DNA of 60,393 bases, from positions 1 through 60,393 of the IMG/VR virus record IMGVR_UViG_3300031164_000001. One strand, 5' to 3'. Of this stretch, positions 9,127-17,652 are shown piece after piece; position 1 is the first letter of the stretch; each line of letters opens with the position of its first letter. A program made the translations under genes and the position numbers. This DNA is from a virus. Its lineage: Duplodnaviria > Caudoviricetes. The notes beneath the pieces are model-generated. The model did not search any database and was not told where the DNA came from. It saw nothing but the letters and a program-made list of their open reading frames with translations.

Positions 9127-9543
9127 TTGGACAGAATCAGCGAAGCTGTCGCCACCGGTGCACCGGTCGTTGTTTTGAGCGGAGTACATTCGAACGGTCT
9201 CGCCCGTCGGTGGGTGGAAGCCCATAGGACTGAATTCATTGGTGGATATCTCGCGGTTGACTTAAACGCCTACCGGATAACGGGCGGCGTCGACTTGCGC
9301 GCCATCATGGCCCAGTGCCTGCGGGCTCTCGACACGATTAACCGGCCGCGAACGTTCGTCGAACGCGTCAACCTGTATAGGGCATGCGTTCAGTGGCGTG
9401 GACGAATGGTAATCGGTCTCGACAACGCGGACCAAGCTGCGCAGGTTCGCCCGTTCGTCGTTCCCAATAGCGTGGTACTTGTCTCTGGCCGCTGGAAACT
9501 CGGTGGACTGGTGACGGAACGCGCGCACTTCCTGGAAGTCTAA
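9127..9543 (+). CDS. Stand-alone degenerate NB-ARC (STAND ATPase) domain lacking Walker A
   Basis: 'F.GGYLAVDL...CLRAL...ERVNLYR...RMVIGLDNADQAAQVRP...VLVSGR..L.GL' follows the actinobacterial NB-ARC pattern; GxxGxGKT is replaced by SGVHSNG. Confidence 0.7.
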   Translation: MDRISEAVATGAPVVVLSGVHSNGLARRWVEAHRTEFIGGYLAVDLNAYRITGGVDLRAIMAQCLRALDTINRPRTFVERVNLYRACVQWRGRMVIGLDNADQAAQVRPFVVPNSVVLVSGRWKLGGLVTERAHFLEV

Positions 9544-9754
9544 ACTTTTGCTTGCCCGGACCCCGCAAGCGATAGGCGAACGATCATGAGCGTCAGTCGA
9601 GTACTTCTCCACCTGGAACGTTCCGTAGGCCAATTGAGTGCCGCAATCGAAGCATACGAGGAATACGGAGGTGATTCGGAGTGTCGTGATCGGATGGACG
9701 ATATCTCGGATCAACTCAGAGAAGTAATCAGAAAGATCAACGGAGGAAGTAGCA

Positions 9755-10408
9755 ATGGCGAAAAGGATTTCTTACGCGTCGATCGAGGCCGAAATCGGAT
9801 TCAAACCGAGTAAACACCCGAAAGACAACTACCGTGAATCTGCGGAAGTCGTCTGGTGTGTCATGCGGAACAGTGTGCCCGACACCGCCCAGCCGGAATA
9901 CCTCGGTGGCCGAAAGGGGTACCACATTGGCACGGGAGTTGTTCAGGCAATCCGGCAGGTGTGGGATCTTCCCGACAAGGAAGTGAATTCGGCGCGGGGC
10001 CAGATCGTCAAGCACCTTCGGGCCCACGGTTCCACGGTTCTCGTGAGCCCCGGACGCGGCAAGCATGTGCAACCCGAATGGTGGGTGGCCGACACGTTCG
10101 AAGAGCCGCAGGATGCCACTCCGGCCGAGGAAACCATGCCCGCGCCCGTCGAGACCCCAACCGACTGGAAGGATGCCCCGGCCGCGCCCCCGGCGAATAA
10201 CGGCAAGGTCGTCGAAGTGCTGCCGCTCACCGAACAGGCCGTACCGGGCGACTCGTACGCTGACCGGCTCGAAAAGGCATTCGAAACGGTTCGGGAGGTC
10301 GTGGCCGACCTGGAAGATGAGAACCGCCGTCTCCGGACGGAAAGGGAATCTCTGATCCGTTTCAGGGACAACATCGGCCAAGCGGTACAAGCCACCATCT
10401 CAGACTGA
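9755..10408 (+). CDS. Hypothetical protein (C-terminal coiled coil)
   Basis: GGAGG RBS; 217 aa with phage-like codon usage. Confidence 0.6.
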   Translation: MAKRISYASIEAEIGFKPSKHPKDNYRESAEVVWCVMRNSVPDTAQPEYLGGRKGYHIGTGVVQAIRQVWDLPDKEVNSARGQIVKHLRAHGSTVLVSPGRGKHVQPEWWVADTFEEPQDATPAEETMPAPVETPTDWKDAPAAPPANNGKVVEVLPLTEQAVPGDSYADRLEKAFETVREVVADLEDENRRLRTERESLIRFRDNIGQAVQATISD

Positions 10409-10922
10409 CTAGGTAATTCAAACCTTGGGGGTTGGATTGCAGGACGTCGTTTGGTCGAGTCGTACCTATTTGTTTGGGCGACGTCGATCCCCCGTAGTGA
10501 AGCATGAGGACGGAACCTACGAAGTGAAATGCCCGGAGTGCGGAAAGGAGCATGTCCGGGTGTATTACGAGGGGGGCCGTCCGCACCTTGAATTGCATAA
10601 GGTGTGGGCGAACGAAGTGGGAAAAGGACCGTACGCGTATTGCATTCCGGCACCCCGGGATGAGGAGATATGAAAGGACCCGTAAGAGAGCTGCTTTTGA
10701 AAGGGTGGGTGTGGCTCTGCAAAATACTACCGTTTGAAAGCTTGTCTAGAGGCGGCGTCCGAGGCTTCGAAATCAACATCAGCAAGCTCGTGTTCTACAC
10801 CGTGAAGTCTCCGCAGAAACAGCTCATCGACTTTGAGCTTATTTCTGATAATGGTGACTGGGGGCTTATGGTGATGGTGCCGGGCCGGGCGTTCGTTTTC
10901 TACGCAGAGAAAAGATAAGGAT

Positions 10923-10994
10923 TTCGGGCTAGTGTAATTGGCAGCACGGCGGATTTTGGTTCCGTCAGAGTAGGTTCGAGTCCTACGCCCGAAG
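10923..10994 (+). tRNA. tRNA-Gln (anticodon TTG)
   Basis: Full cloverleaf: TTCGGGC/GCCCGAA, D arm GTG-TAATTGGCAG-CAC, GCGGA-TT[TTG]GT-TCCGT, GTAGG-TTCGAGT-CCTAC, discriminator G; CCA not encoded. Confidence 0.92.
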
Positions 10995-10997
10995 CAC

Positions 10998-11126
10998 GGC
11001 ACGCGAACGGGCCCCCGACAACGGCGCGTGCCTAGGCTCTGAGCTGGCTGCTAACGCAGGGGTACGCTGGGCGGGTGTGGCCAGGCGCGGAACATCCGCT
11101 AGGCGGCCAGCGGCCAACTCAGAGCC
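10998..11126 (+). ncRNA. Structured RNA candidate 3' of tRNA-Gln
   Basis: GGCACGCG/CGCGTGCC hairpin, then an 18-bp stem (11035-52/11109-26) enclosing GCGGGTGT/ACATCCGC. Confidence 0.45.
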
Positions 11127-11145
11127 GCTTAGGAAGGAAACAAGG

Positions 11146-11319
11146 ATGAACGGTAAGCAAGCGAGTCCCGCCATGGTGGCTAGTCTGGTGATCCCCGTTG
11201 GTGTGGGCATCATCGTTTCGGCAATCGTCAGTGACGCAAAATGGTTCTTCATCGGATTGGGCATCATGCTAATTATGGTGCCCATAGCGAATGCAGTTGA
11301 GAAGAGGAATGGTAGATGA
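11146..11319 (+). CDS. Small two-TM membrane protein
   Basis: Two hydrophobic helices; RBS. Confidence 0.6.
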   Translation: MNGKQASPAMVASLVIPVGVGIIVSAIVSDAKWFFIGLGIMLIMVPIANAVEKRNGR

Positions 11320-11478
11320 CTGACGGCGAACTGGCCGGTCTACTGCGGAAGCTTTACTTCTACAGTCACGTCCACATTCCAAACGAGGGAGAGCAGGCGG
11401 ACGTACCAAATCATTTCGTAAAGCTTCACGGTATACTTCCTGAAAGTGAGTGGTTGAAATTAAAAGGCTGGTTAGCCG

Positions 11479-12123
11479 ATGACGCACAAAAGAGCGACAA
11501 ACATAGTGATCCGGAACCTGGAACATGACCACCCGGATTACTATCTTCACAAAGTCTGGGAACGTCTCTCGCTTGTAAGCCTGGAAAGTTTTCAAACGGA
11601 CGCTCGACGATGGCTAGCCGACAAATCAGAACTGCGGGGCTGGTCACTCGACAATGCCGACTGGCGAGAGGTGTATGCACATTTCGTTTCCGAGGCAGAT
11701 AAGCAAATAGAAACGCACAATCAGTTGAGCGACAGGTTGCCGGACGAAGATCCGGCGGCGTATTTACTACGCATGACCACTCAGCTAAGAGAGGAAAAGG
11801 AAATGGCAAGCAAGTGGGCCGAGTATGGCCCGTGTAAAACGTGCGAGGTCGGCACCGGTATCCAATGCGTGAACAAGCGAAACGGTGAACCGGCTAAAAA
11901 CGCTCACCCCGGCCGTCCGAAGGTGGGGGCCAAGTTACCCGCCGAACCGGCCACCACCAGCAAGGCGCACGGGATGATCATCAGTCAATCAAACCTTGCC
12001 GGTATGGACACGTTCAAGGCTACGTGCGCGTGCGGCGAGCTGGACGGCGCGAACATCACCTCTCGCTATCTGGCCGAGCAGGAATACCAGCGGCACATTG
12101 AAAGCGCGCTGGTGTCCGCATGA
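11479..12123 (+). CDS. Hypothetical protein, possibly two in-frame products (internal RBS/ATG at 11803, Zn-finger-like)
   Basis: GAGGAAAAGGAA before MASKW; CxxC...C...H and CACG. Confidence 0.5.
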   Translation: MTHKRATNIVIRNLEHDHPDYYLHKVWERLSLVSLESFQTDARRWLADKSELRGWSLDNADWREVYAHFVSEADKQIETHNQLSDRLPDEDPAAYLLRMTTQLREEKEMASKWAEYGPCKTCEVGTGIQCVNKRNGEPAKNAHPGRPKVGAKLPAEPATTSKAHGMIISQSNLAGMDTFKATCACGELDGANITSRYLAEQEYQRHIESALVSA

Positions 12124-12341
12124 AAGCCATCGGGCGGTGCTACTCGGGCAGGCATGCGTTCACGTACGACCCGGACACTGTGGACACGGTGATGGTCAAC
12201 CCGGCGACCGGCCGGATACTCAAGCCCGGCGAAGATCCCGAGGGCGCCGTCAAAGAGCTGGTGTGCCCCCAGTGCCTGTTCATCATGGACACGTACCGGA
12301 AACAGCTCGAAAAGATGTTCGGTGAGAGCACACGTAAATAG
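12120..12341 (+). CDS. Hypothetical protein (CxxC)
   Basis: ATGA coupling; last gene before the terminator. Confidence 0.5.
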   Translation: MKAIGRCYSGRHAFTYDPDTVDTVMVNPATGRILKPGEDPEGAVKELVCPQCLFIMDTYRKQLEKMFGESTRK

Positions 12342-12343
12342 GG

Positions 12344-12387
12344 AATGCCCCCGACCATTTGGCTACGGCTGAGCGGTCGGGGGCATT
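12344..12387. terminator. Bidirectional terminator between convergent operons
   Basis: AATGCCCCCGACC/GGTCGGGGGCATT 13-bp stem. Confidence 0.75.
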
Positions 12388-12388
12388 T

Positions 12389-12733
12389 CTATTTTGCGGA
12401 CTTTCCTCGTGGCCTAAAGTCCACCAGTGGTGCCAAGTGTCGATATACCTTCCCGTACGAGTAGCCGCTGTCCGCGCATAGCTCGCGTAGATTCACTCCG
12501 CTCATGTACTGGCCGATCATTTCCGCAAGTTTAGAATATGGGATAGGATTCCTGTCATGAGTTAGAGGTGCCGTGCTTTTATCGCCGATCAGTTCATATA
12601 CCCAGCTCGGAACGGTGCCATGCTTTTCCGCAATAGCGCGGTAGGTCATCCCGAGTTTGTTTCGATCGGTGACCATTTCCGCTACCTGCTCAGATGTGAA
12701 CCGTGATCCCCCGGTTTCGTCGTCGTCGTTCAC
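12389..12733 (-). CDS. Two-HTH-domain protein
   Basis: 'GMTYRAIAEKHGTVPSWVYELI'; 'YMSGVNLRELCADSGYSYGKVYRHL'. Confidence 0.7.
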   Translation of the reverse strand: MNDDDETGGSRFTSEQVAEMVTDRNKLGMTYRAIAEKHGTVPSWVYELIGDKSTAPLTHDRNPIPYSKLAEMIGQYMSGVNLRELCADSGYSYGKVYRHLAPLVDFRPRGKSAK

Positions 12734-13146
12734 CGCATCCGGCCAATTAATCCAGCCGCCCGCTCGCGTTTTGCCATAAGGGTGTGACGTGCATAAACCT
12801 CTGTGGTAGGCGTATCGTAACCGGCACCTCGCGGCCGTAATTCCACTTTAGCTCGAAGGAGCGCATTCCGTGTTCCGTTGTATGTGAGCCCCCATGTTTC
12901 GGCGACTTCGCGGATGCTGAGATTATCTGCGTATGCGGCAATCATTCCCGGAGTCGCCGGTAAAACCTTTTGCCTTTCCTGCGGGCGCATTTGACAACCA
13001 TCCCCTATGAGCAGTTGTCGAGCCGCCCTATAGCTGACATTATAAATTGCCATGATCTCATAGATTGATAGGTCCCTTTGATACAGCCGGTGCAATACCG
13101 CGCCCGGCCGAACGCGTGGCAGGGGCCTAGTCCCCGTCGTCTTCAC
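12730..13146 (-). CDS. Two-HTH-domain protein
   Basis: 'YADNLSIREVAETWGLTYNGTRNALLRAKVELRPRG'. Confidence 0.7.
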   Translation of the reverse strand: MKTTGTRPLPRVRPGAVLHRLYQRDLSIYEIMAIYNVSYRAARQLLIGDGCQMRPQERQKVLPATPGMIAAYADNLSIREVAETWGLTYNGTRNALLRAKVELRPRGAGYDTPTTEVYARHTLMAKRERAAGLIGRMR

Positions 13147-13601
13147 TTCTTCCGGTTTCCCCCTGGACGACGTTCGACACCTAGCCTTTCAAGCATTCGC
13201 CCGATGGTTTTTGGGCTAATCCCATGCGTCGCACCTAGCTCAACTGTAGTCATCCCGCTACGGTAGTCGCTGACAAGGTTAGGCGGGTATTTAATCTTTT
13301 CCTTCTTTGGCCGACGTTTAACGTTTAACTCTTCTAGCATTCGCCCGATAGTGGTTTCGCTAATTCCGTGCTTTTCAGACAGTTGAATGATTGACATGCT
13401 ATTCTTGACGTAATCATTGGCTAGACCAGGCGGGAAGGGCATTCGTTCGTAATAGACAGCGTCCCCCCTAGAGCGTCGTGGTACGCCTTCCTCATCGAGC
13501 ATGCGCGTCATGGTTGGCCTACTTACGTCATACCTGTCAGCTAATTCCTGCACGGTAGCCCCCGCACTATATTCGTCGGCAAGGCCGGGCGGCGTTGGCA
13601 T
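13143..13601 (-). CDS. Three-HTH-repeat protein
   Basis: Three ~50-aa repeats PPGLAxDY.xG.T..ELA..xGIS..TI.RML.ELGV.RR. Confidence 0.8.
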   Translation of the reverse strand: MPTPPGLADEYSAGATVQELADRYDVSRPTMTRMLDEEGVPRRSRGDAVYYERMPFPPGLANDYVKNSMSIIQLSEKHGISETTIGRMLEELNVKRRPKKEKIKYPPNLVSDYRSGMTTVELGATHGISPKTIGRMLERLGVERRPGGNRKK

Positions 13602-13612
13602 TTTCGCCGGAC

Positions 13613-14074
13613 TCAGTTCACTCTCCGATGCTTCAATTTCAATTCGTTGGCCATTCGCCTGATTGTCGGGGCACCGTAGCCGTATTTCGCTATAAGTTCC
13701 TTATAGGTCACCCCATTCTTGTAGTCCTCGGCAAACCCTTCGGGGACTTTTCCGTCTCTCTTAATCTTACGTTTCTCCACCCCTAATTCGTCTAGCATTC
13801 GCCCGATGGTTGGCGCGCTGACTCCGTGCATGGTTGCCAACTTGGCCGCCGACATGCCAGCGGCGTAGTCTTTGGCGAGGTTGGGCGGGAACGGTATCTT
13901 GGCGTCCGCGTAGTTGCGTGCCTCGGCTGGGCGCCGTGACACGCCTAGATCCTCAAGCATGCGCGCAATGGTTGGCGGGCTCGTTCCGTACTTCTCGGCT
14001 AGTTCAGCCGTTGACGCACCTGCCCGGTATTCATCGGCAAGGCCCGGCGGGGCTGGTGTTTTCGCTGGGCTCAT
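13613..14074 (-). CDS. Three-HTH-repeat protein
   Basis: The same repeat three times. Confidence 0.8.
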   Translation of the reverse strand: MSPAKTPAPPGLADEYRAGASTAELAEKYGTSPPTIARMLEDLGVSRRPAEARNYADAKIPFPPNLAKDYAAGMSAAKLATMHGVSAPTIGRMLDELGVEKRKIKRDGKVPEGFAEDYKNGVTYKELIAKYGYGAPTIRRMANELKLKHRRVN

Positions 14075-14574
14075 TTACCCTCTTGTCGGGCTAGCTTGAG
14101 AATTGTTTTTACTCGTGACTCCGTCAGTTCATGTTCAAGATCCAGTGATCGCGCCGAATCTGCAATTTGTCGAAAGCTGAGCTTTTGCTTTGTGTACATG
14201 TCGACGACGAGATCTCTGGTTTCCTGATCAAAGAGAACCTCTACCAATGGAATACTTTTAGGTCGACCTCTTTTCCGAATGGTGATTTCCGGGTCATTGT
14301 TGAGCACTTCACGCACACGAGCCCGATCAATGCCAAGCTCATCGGCGATGGGTATAATGCCTGCATTTTTGTATTTGGTTTTGATTGTCTCGATAAGTTC
14401 GGGTGTCATCGGCTTTTGCGTACCAGGTTTTCGAATGGTGACCCCCAAATCTACAAGCATAGCCCGAATGTCTTTGGGATCCATCGAATACCTTTTCGCA
14501 AGCTTCGCGAGTCCGGCACCCTCATTGTATTCGTCGGCGATGCCGGGGATCGTGGGCCATTTCTTGTCAGTCAT
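14071..14574 (-). CDS. Three-HTH-repeat protein
   Basis: 'IADEYNEGAGLAKLAKRY..IRAMLVDLGVTIR' plus two divergent copies. Confidence 0.75.
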   Translation of the reverse strand: MTDKKWPTIPGIADEYNEGAGLAKLAKRYSMDPKDIRAMLVDLGVTIRKPGTQKPMTPELIETIKTKYKNAGIIPIADELGIDRARVREVLNNDPEITIRKRGRPKSIPLVEVLFDQETRDLVVDMYTKQKLSFRQIADSARSLDLEHELTESRVKTILKLARQEGK

Positions 14575-14701
14575 TTAGTTCAACCCATTCTCCGGGGTGC
14601 ACGGTTCCTCTTCTGGCCGCTCATACGCACGAAGGTCGATACCGGCCGCATCCGCTAGCGCCTGCAAGAACAGCTCAAGCCAAGTAATTGCTTCCACCCC
14701 T

Positions 14702-14983
14702 TTAGTTGACTTCACGCCACCGTAGATTTAATACCCGTTCAATTGATTCTTGTACCTCTTCGAACGGTGGTTCTTTAGCTCGATTCCAGACGACTGTGAG
14801 ATCTTGCTTCGGCAAGATTTGAATAACACAGTCGACCCCCGCGTCTTCGCATGCAACCCGTAAGCGTGTTCGCCATTCCTCGGGAGTGATGTTGTTCCTA
14901 TCCGCCAATTCATGGCGCCAGACTACCCACCAGCCACGCTCAAGCTCACGCGGGATGTCCGCAATCGTCTTCGTAACTTTCAT
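14702..14983 (-). CDS. Hypothetical protein
   Basis: Upstream of the HTH operon; start uncertain. Confidence 0.5.
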   Translation of the reverse strand: MKVTKTIADIPRELERGWWVVWRHELADRNNITPEEWRTRLRVACEDAGVDCVIQILPKQDLTVVWNRAKEPPFEEVQESIERVLNLRWREVN

Positions 14984-15053
14984 GACTGCCCCCGGAAATG
15001 GGACATGGCGAGGCGTCCGAGGATGGACAGGGCGCCTCGCCATGTGGCGTTTT

Positions 15054-15422
15054 CTATTGTGTTCGGTGCGCTTGCATGTGCCGTAGGACTTCCGGCCGCC
15101 GTTCCCGCAGGTACGGCCGGGTGAGCCGTGGTGGATCACCGTAGTCCGTGACCCGGGGGATGACTGCCGTGTCCGCTGTCATCCTGTTATCGATCTCCGC
15201 GTGTCCCGCGAGGATTGCCGCTTCGATGGCGGCGGCCTGGTTGGCCATTCGGACCTTCCGCGCTTCGACCCTGGCCAGCTCGGCATCCGCCTTGACTTGG
15301 GCGGCACGGCGCCTCTCGGCCCTGGTGGTGCGCCTGGCGTGTCGAGCCCGGCGACTGAACGGGAGTCCCACAGGACCAGCTCCGATCGTGTTGGCCGCCC
15401 GCTGGCCGGTCGCGTACGGCAT
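15054..15422 (-). CDS. Hypothetical protein divergent from the XRE gene
   Basis: GGAAGG RBS; Arg/Ala-rich helix. Confidence 0.45.
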   Translation of the reverse strand: MPYATGQRAANTIGAGPVGLPFSRRARHARRTTRAERRRAAQVKADAELARVEARKVRMANQAAAIEAAILAGHAEIDNRMTADTAVIPRVTDYGDPPRLTRPYLRERRPEVLRHMQAHRTQ

Positions 15423-15598
15423 GATGGGTGACGCCTTCCTGCATCGCTGGCCGCATCACTGCGTTGCCAGTTGTGCCAGGTCAACCGTCTCGCCTGGCAC
15501 CGCTGGCACACAAGCGCCCATCCGGGTGATCTTGTGATCACTCCCAGTGTTGGAAGCAAGGGGCGACGGTGACCAGGCCATGCCCTATGATCGGTCTC

Positions 15599-16432
15599 AT
15601 GGTGACGGTGCAGAGCAGCTACTTCGGGCAAGAGCTGGCAGCGAAGCGCAAGGCAGCGGGCATCTCTATTCTGCAAATGGCGAATCGGCTACAGGTTGAC
15701 AAGTCGACCGTGAACCGCTGGGAAAGCGGCGCGCGAAAGCCGGATGACACCCACTTAGCTATGTACCTCACCGAATGCGGCGCGACACCCGAACAAATCG
15801 AAGTGTTCAAGGTGCGGAACAGTTCAACATTCGACCCAGTCTGGGGCACCCTGGGGGCCACCACCGACCGGGCATCGGTTATCGGCGCATTGCTTCGGGC
15901 AGAACAGCGCGCATCACGAATTACGATAATGGCATCGGGTGGCGTTCCCGCTTTGGCGCAGACATCCGAATATGCAAGTTTTGTGATGCGTCGGGATGGC
16001 GTACCCGAGGATGAAATCAGTTCGCGTGTCGCTGAGCGGATGGGGCGTGCTTCAATGGCACGTGAGCGCACCGATCTTGAATTTGACATTCTTTTGGACG
16101 AAGCTGTACTACTTCGTCCGGTTGGCTCAGTGGCCGCGACCCTCGCGCAAATCAGACACCTGTACGACTCGCCACACGTCAACATTCAAATTGTTCCGCT
16201 ACACATTGGCTGGTCCGATGCACAGTACGGCCCATTCAGCATCTATGAGTTTTCCGAAGATTCAGCCGTTGCATTTTTGGAGCTACGTAAGGTCATGGTG
16301 TTTTTCAATGACCCGGCTGATGTTGATGGAGTATATCGCGCATCAATCGATCGGGTGCGTCCACTGGCCATGAGCCCCGAAGAGTCTCGCGGGTTCATGT
16401 TGGAAAAGATAAGGGAGTTGGAAAAGTTATGA
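15599..16432 (+). CDS. XRE-family HTH regulator with DUF5753-type C-terminal domain
   Basis: 'FGQELAAKRKAAGIS..STVNRWESGARKP', 'VPALAQTSEYA', 'LLDEAVLLRPVG', 'AMSPEESR'. Confidence 0.9.
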   Translation: MVTVQSSYFGQELAAKRKAAGISILQMANRLQVDKSTVNRWESGARKPDDTHLAMYLTECGATPEQIEVFKVRNSSTFDPVWGTLGATTDRASVIGALLRAEQRASRITIMASGGVPALAQTSEYASFVMRRDGVPEDEISSRVAERMGRASMARERTDLEFDILLDEAVLLRPVGSVAATLAQIRHLYDSPHVNIQIVPLHIGWSDAQYGPFSIYEFSEDSAVAFLELRKVMVFFNDPADVDGVYRASIDRVRPLAMSPEESRGFMLEKIRELEKL

Positions 16433-16617
16433 GCGCTTCGGTATATCCGGCGAACTGGCGCAAGTCACGCCACAGTGGTGGCCAAGCCGACTGCGTGGAA
16501 ATCGCGGACAACGCGGAGATGGGCCTGATCCAGGACACGAAGCACCGTGGGCCGAAGCTGGTCCTTCCGCGTGCCTCGTTCGACGCGTTCCTGTCAGCGG
16601 CCGTCGCGCAGCAGTAA
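16429..16617 (+). CDS. DUF397 protein (partner of XRE-DUF5753)
   Basis: 'WRKSRHSGGQADCVEIA...QDTK..GPKL'. Confidence 0.9.
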   Translation: MSASVYPANWRKSRHSGGQADCVEIADNAEMGLIQDTKHRGPKLVLPRASFDAFLSAAVAQQ

Positions 16618-16623
16618 CCGTAT

Positions 16624-16674
16624 GAAAGCCCCTCGTTTGGCCAGCGCCGTATACCAGCCAAGCGAGGGGCTTTC
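16624..16674. terminator. Hairpin between convergent genes
   Basis: GAAAGCCCCTCGTTTGG/CCAAGCGAGGGGCTTTC. Confidence 0.7.
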
Positions 16675-16677
16675 GTT

Positions 16678-16956
16678 TTACCGCTTCTTATTGCGGCGCC
16701 GGTTGGGGTTGATATACCACGCGAACACGATAAACGCGAGGGTGAAGCCAATTTCTATCGCCCAGTTATTCCACTGTGGCAGCGTGCCGTCCACAACATA
16801 GAACATCGTAAACATCACTACGTTGAACGCCCAGTTAAACACGAGGACCACGCATATGTTTCGCCAGTAAAACCCCTTATCCCTTTTCCCCTTGGTAAGG
16901 ATTTGTGCGTAAATCCCCGCAAACCATCCCGTCATGGCGGCGAGAGTCACAATCAT
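16678..16956 (-). CDS. Small three-TM membrane protein
   Basis: Three hydrophobic segments, basic C-terminus, low GC. Confidence 0.6.
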   Translation of the reverse strand: MIVTLAAMTGWFAGIYAQILTKGKRDKGFYWRNICVVLVFNWAFNVVMFTMFYVVDGTLPQWNNWAIEIGFTLAFIVFAWYINPNRRRNKKR

Positions 16957-17076
16957 TGCGGTGTCGTTGACGGTGTGCAGCAAACGATCACCCTCCCGGT
17001 TCTGGCCCGATCGTAGCGCTCGCCGAGCCGACCGGGGCCCGCTGGCCGTGTTTTCGGTGGACCATCTCTGTACGGA

Positions 17077-17103
17077 TGCCCGTTGCTGGCCCCTGGTTGC
17101 CCC
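17077..17103 (+). repeat. 27-bp direct repeat, copy A
   Basis: TGCCCGTTGCTGGCCCCTGGTTGCCCC; 26/27 identical to 20163-20189. Confidence 0.8.
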
Positions 17104-17383
17104 GTAGGCGCGTCGGCCCATACGCCCAGGCATTGCCCCACAGGGTCGCGGATGACCATGGTGGAAGCCACGTCCAGATGGCCGTACCGGACCAACCAAA
17201 TAGGTGCACAGAGGGTGACCACTTGACACACGGGTGTAGGGTGCCGCTAGCTCCGACAGTTGACCACCGGGCCGGTCCCGGATGAGACCAGCTCGACGAG
17301 TCAGGGCCCCCCGCCATATCAAGCCGTTCGCGGTTCTCCCCCGGGCGGGGGGTCCGTCCATTTGCTACCTACCAGGAGAGACC

Positions 17384-17623
17384 GTGGCACGAGACACGAA
17401 GTACGGGCGGGTTACATGCGAACGGGGCACCATCGGTGACGATGAACCGGTGATCGTGTTCCGTGCGCAGGATGCCACGTTGCCCGCGTTGCTCGATGCG
17501 TACCATTCGATTTGCGTCAACGCGGGAAGCCCGGCGGAGCACCTGGAATTCATCGAAAGAGACAAAGCGGCAGTAGTGGCGTGGCAAGAAGAACACGCCA
17601 CGCAGATTCCGCAATCCAAATAA
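17384..17623 (+). CDS. Hypothetical protein
   Basis: AGGAG RBS, GTG start; 'DEPVIVFRAQD'. Confidence 0.6.
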   Translation: MARDTKYGRVTCERGTIGDDEPVIVFRAQDATLPALLDAYHSICVNAGSPAEHLEFIERDKAAVVAWQEEHATQIPQSK

Positions 17624-17652
17624 TTCGTCTTCGCTTGAGGAAAGGTCCCCAC

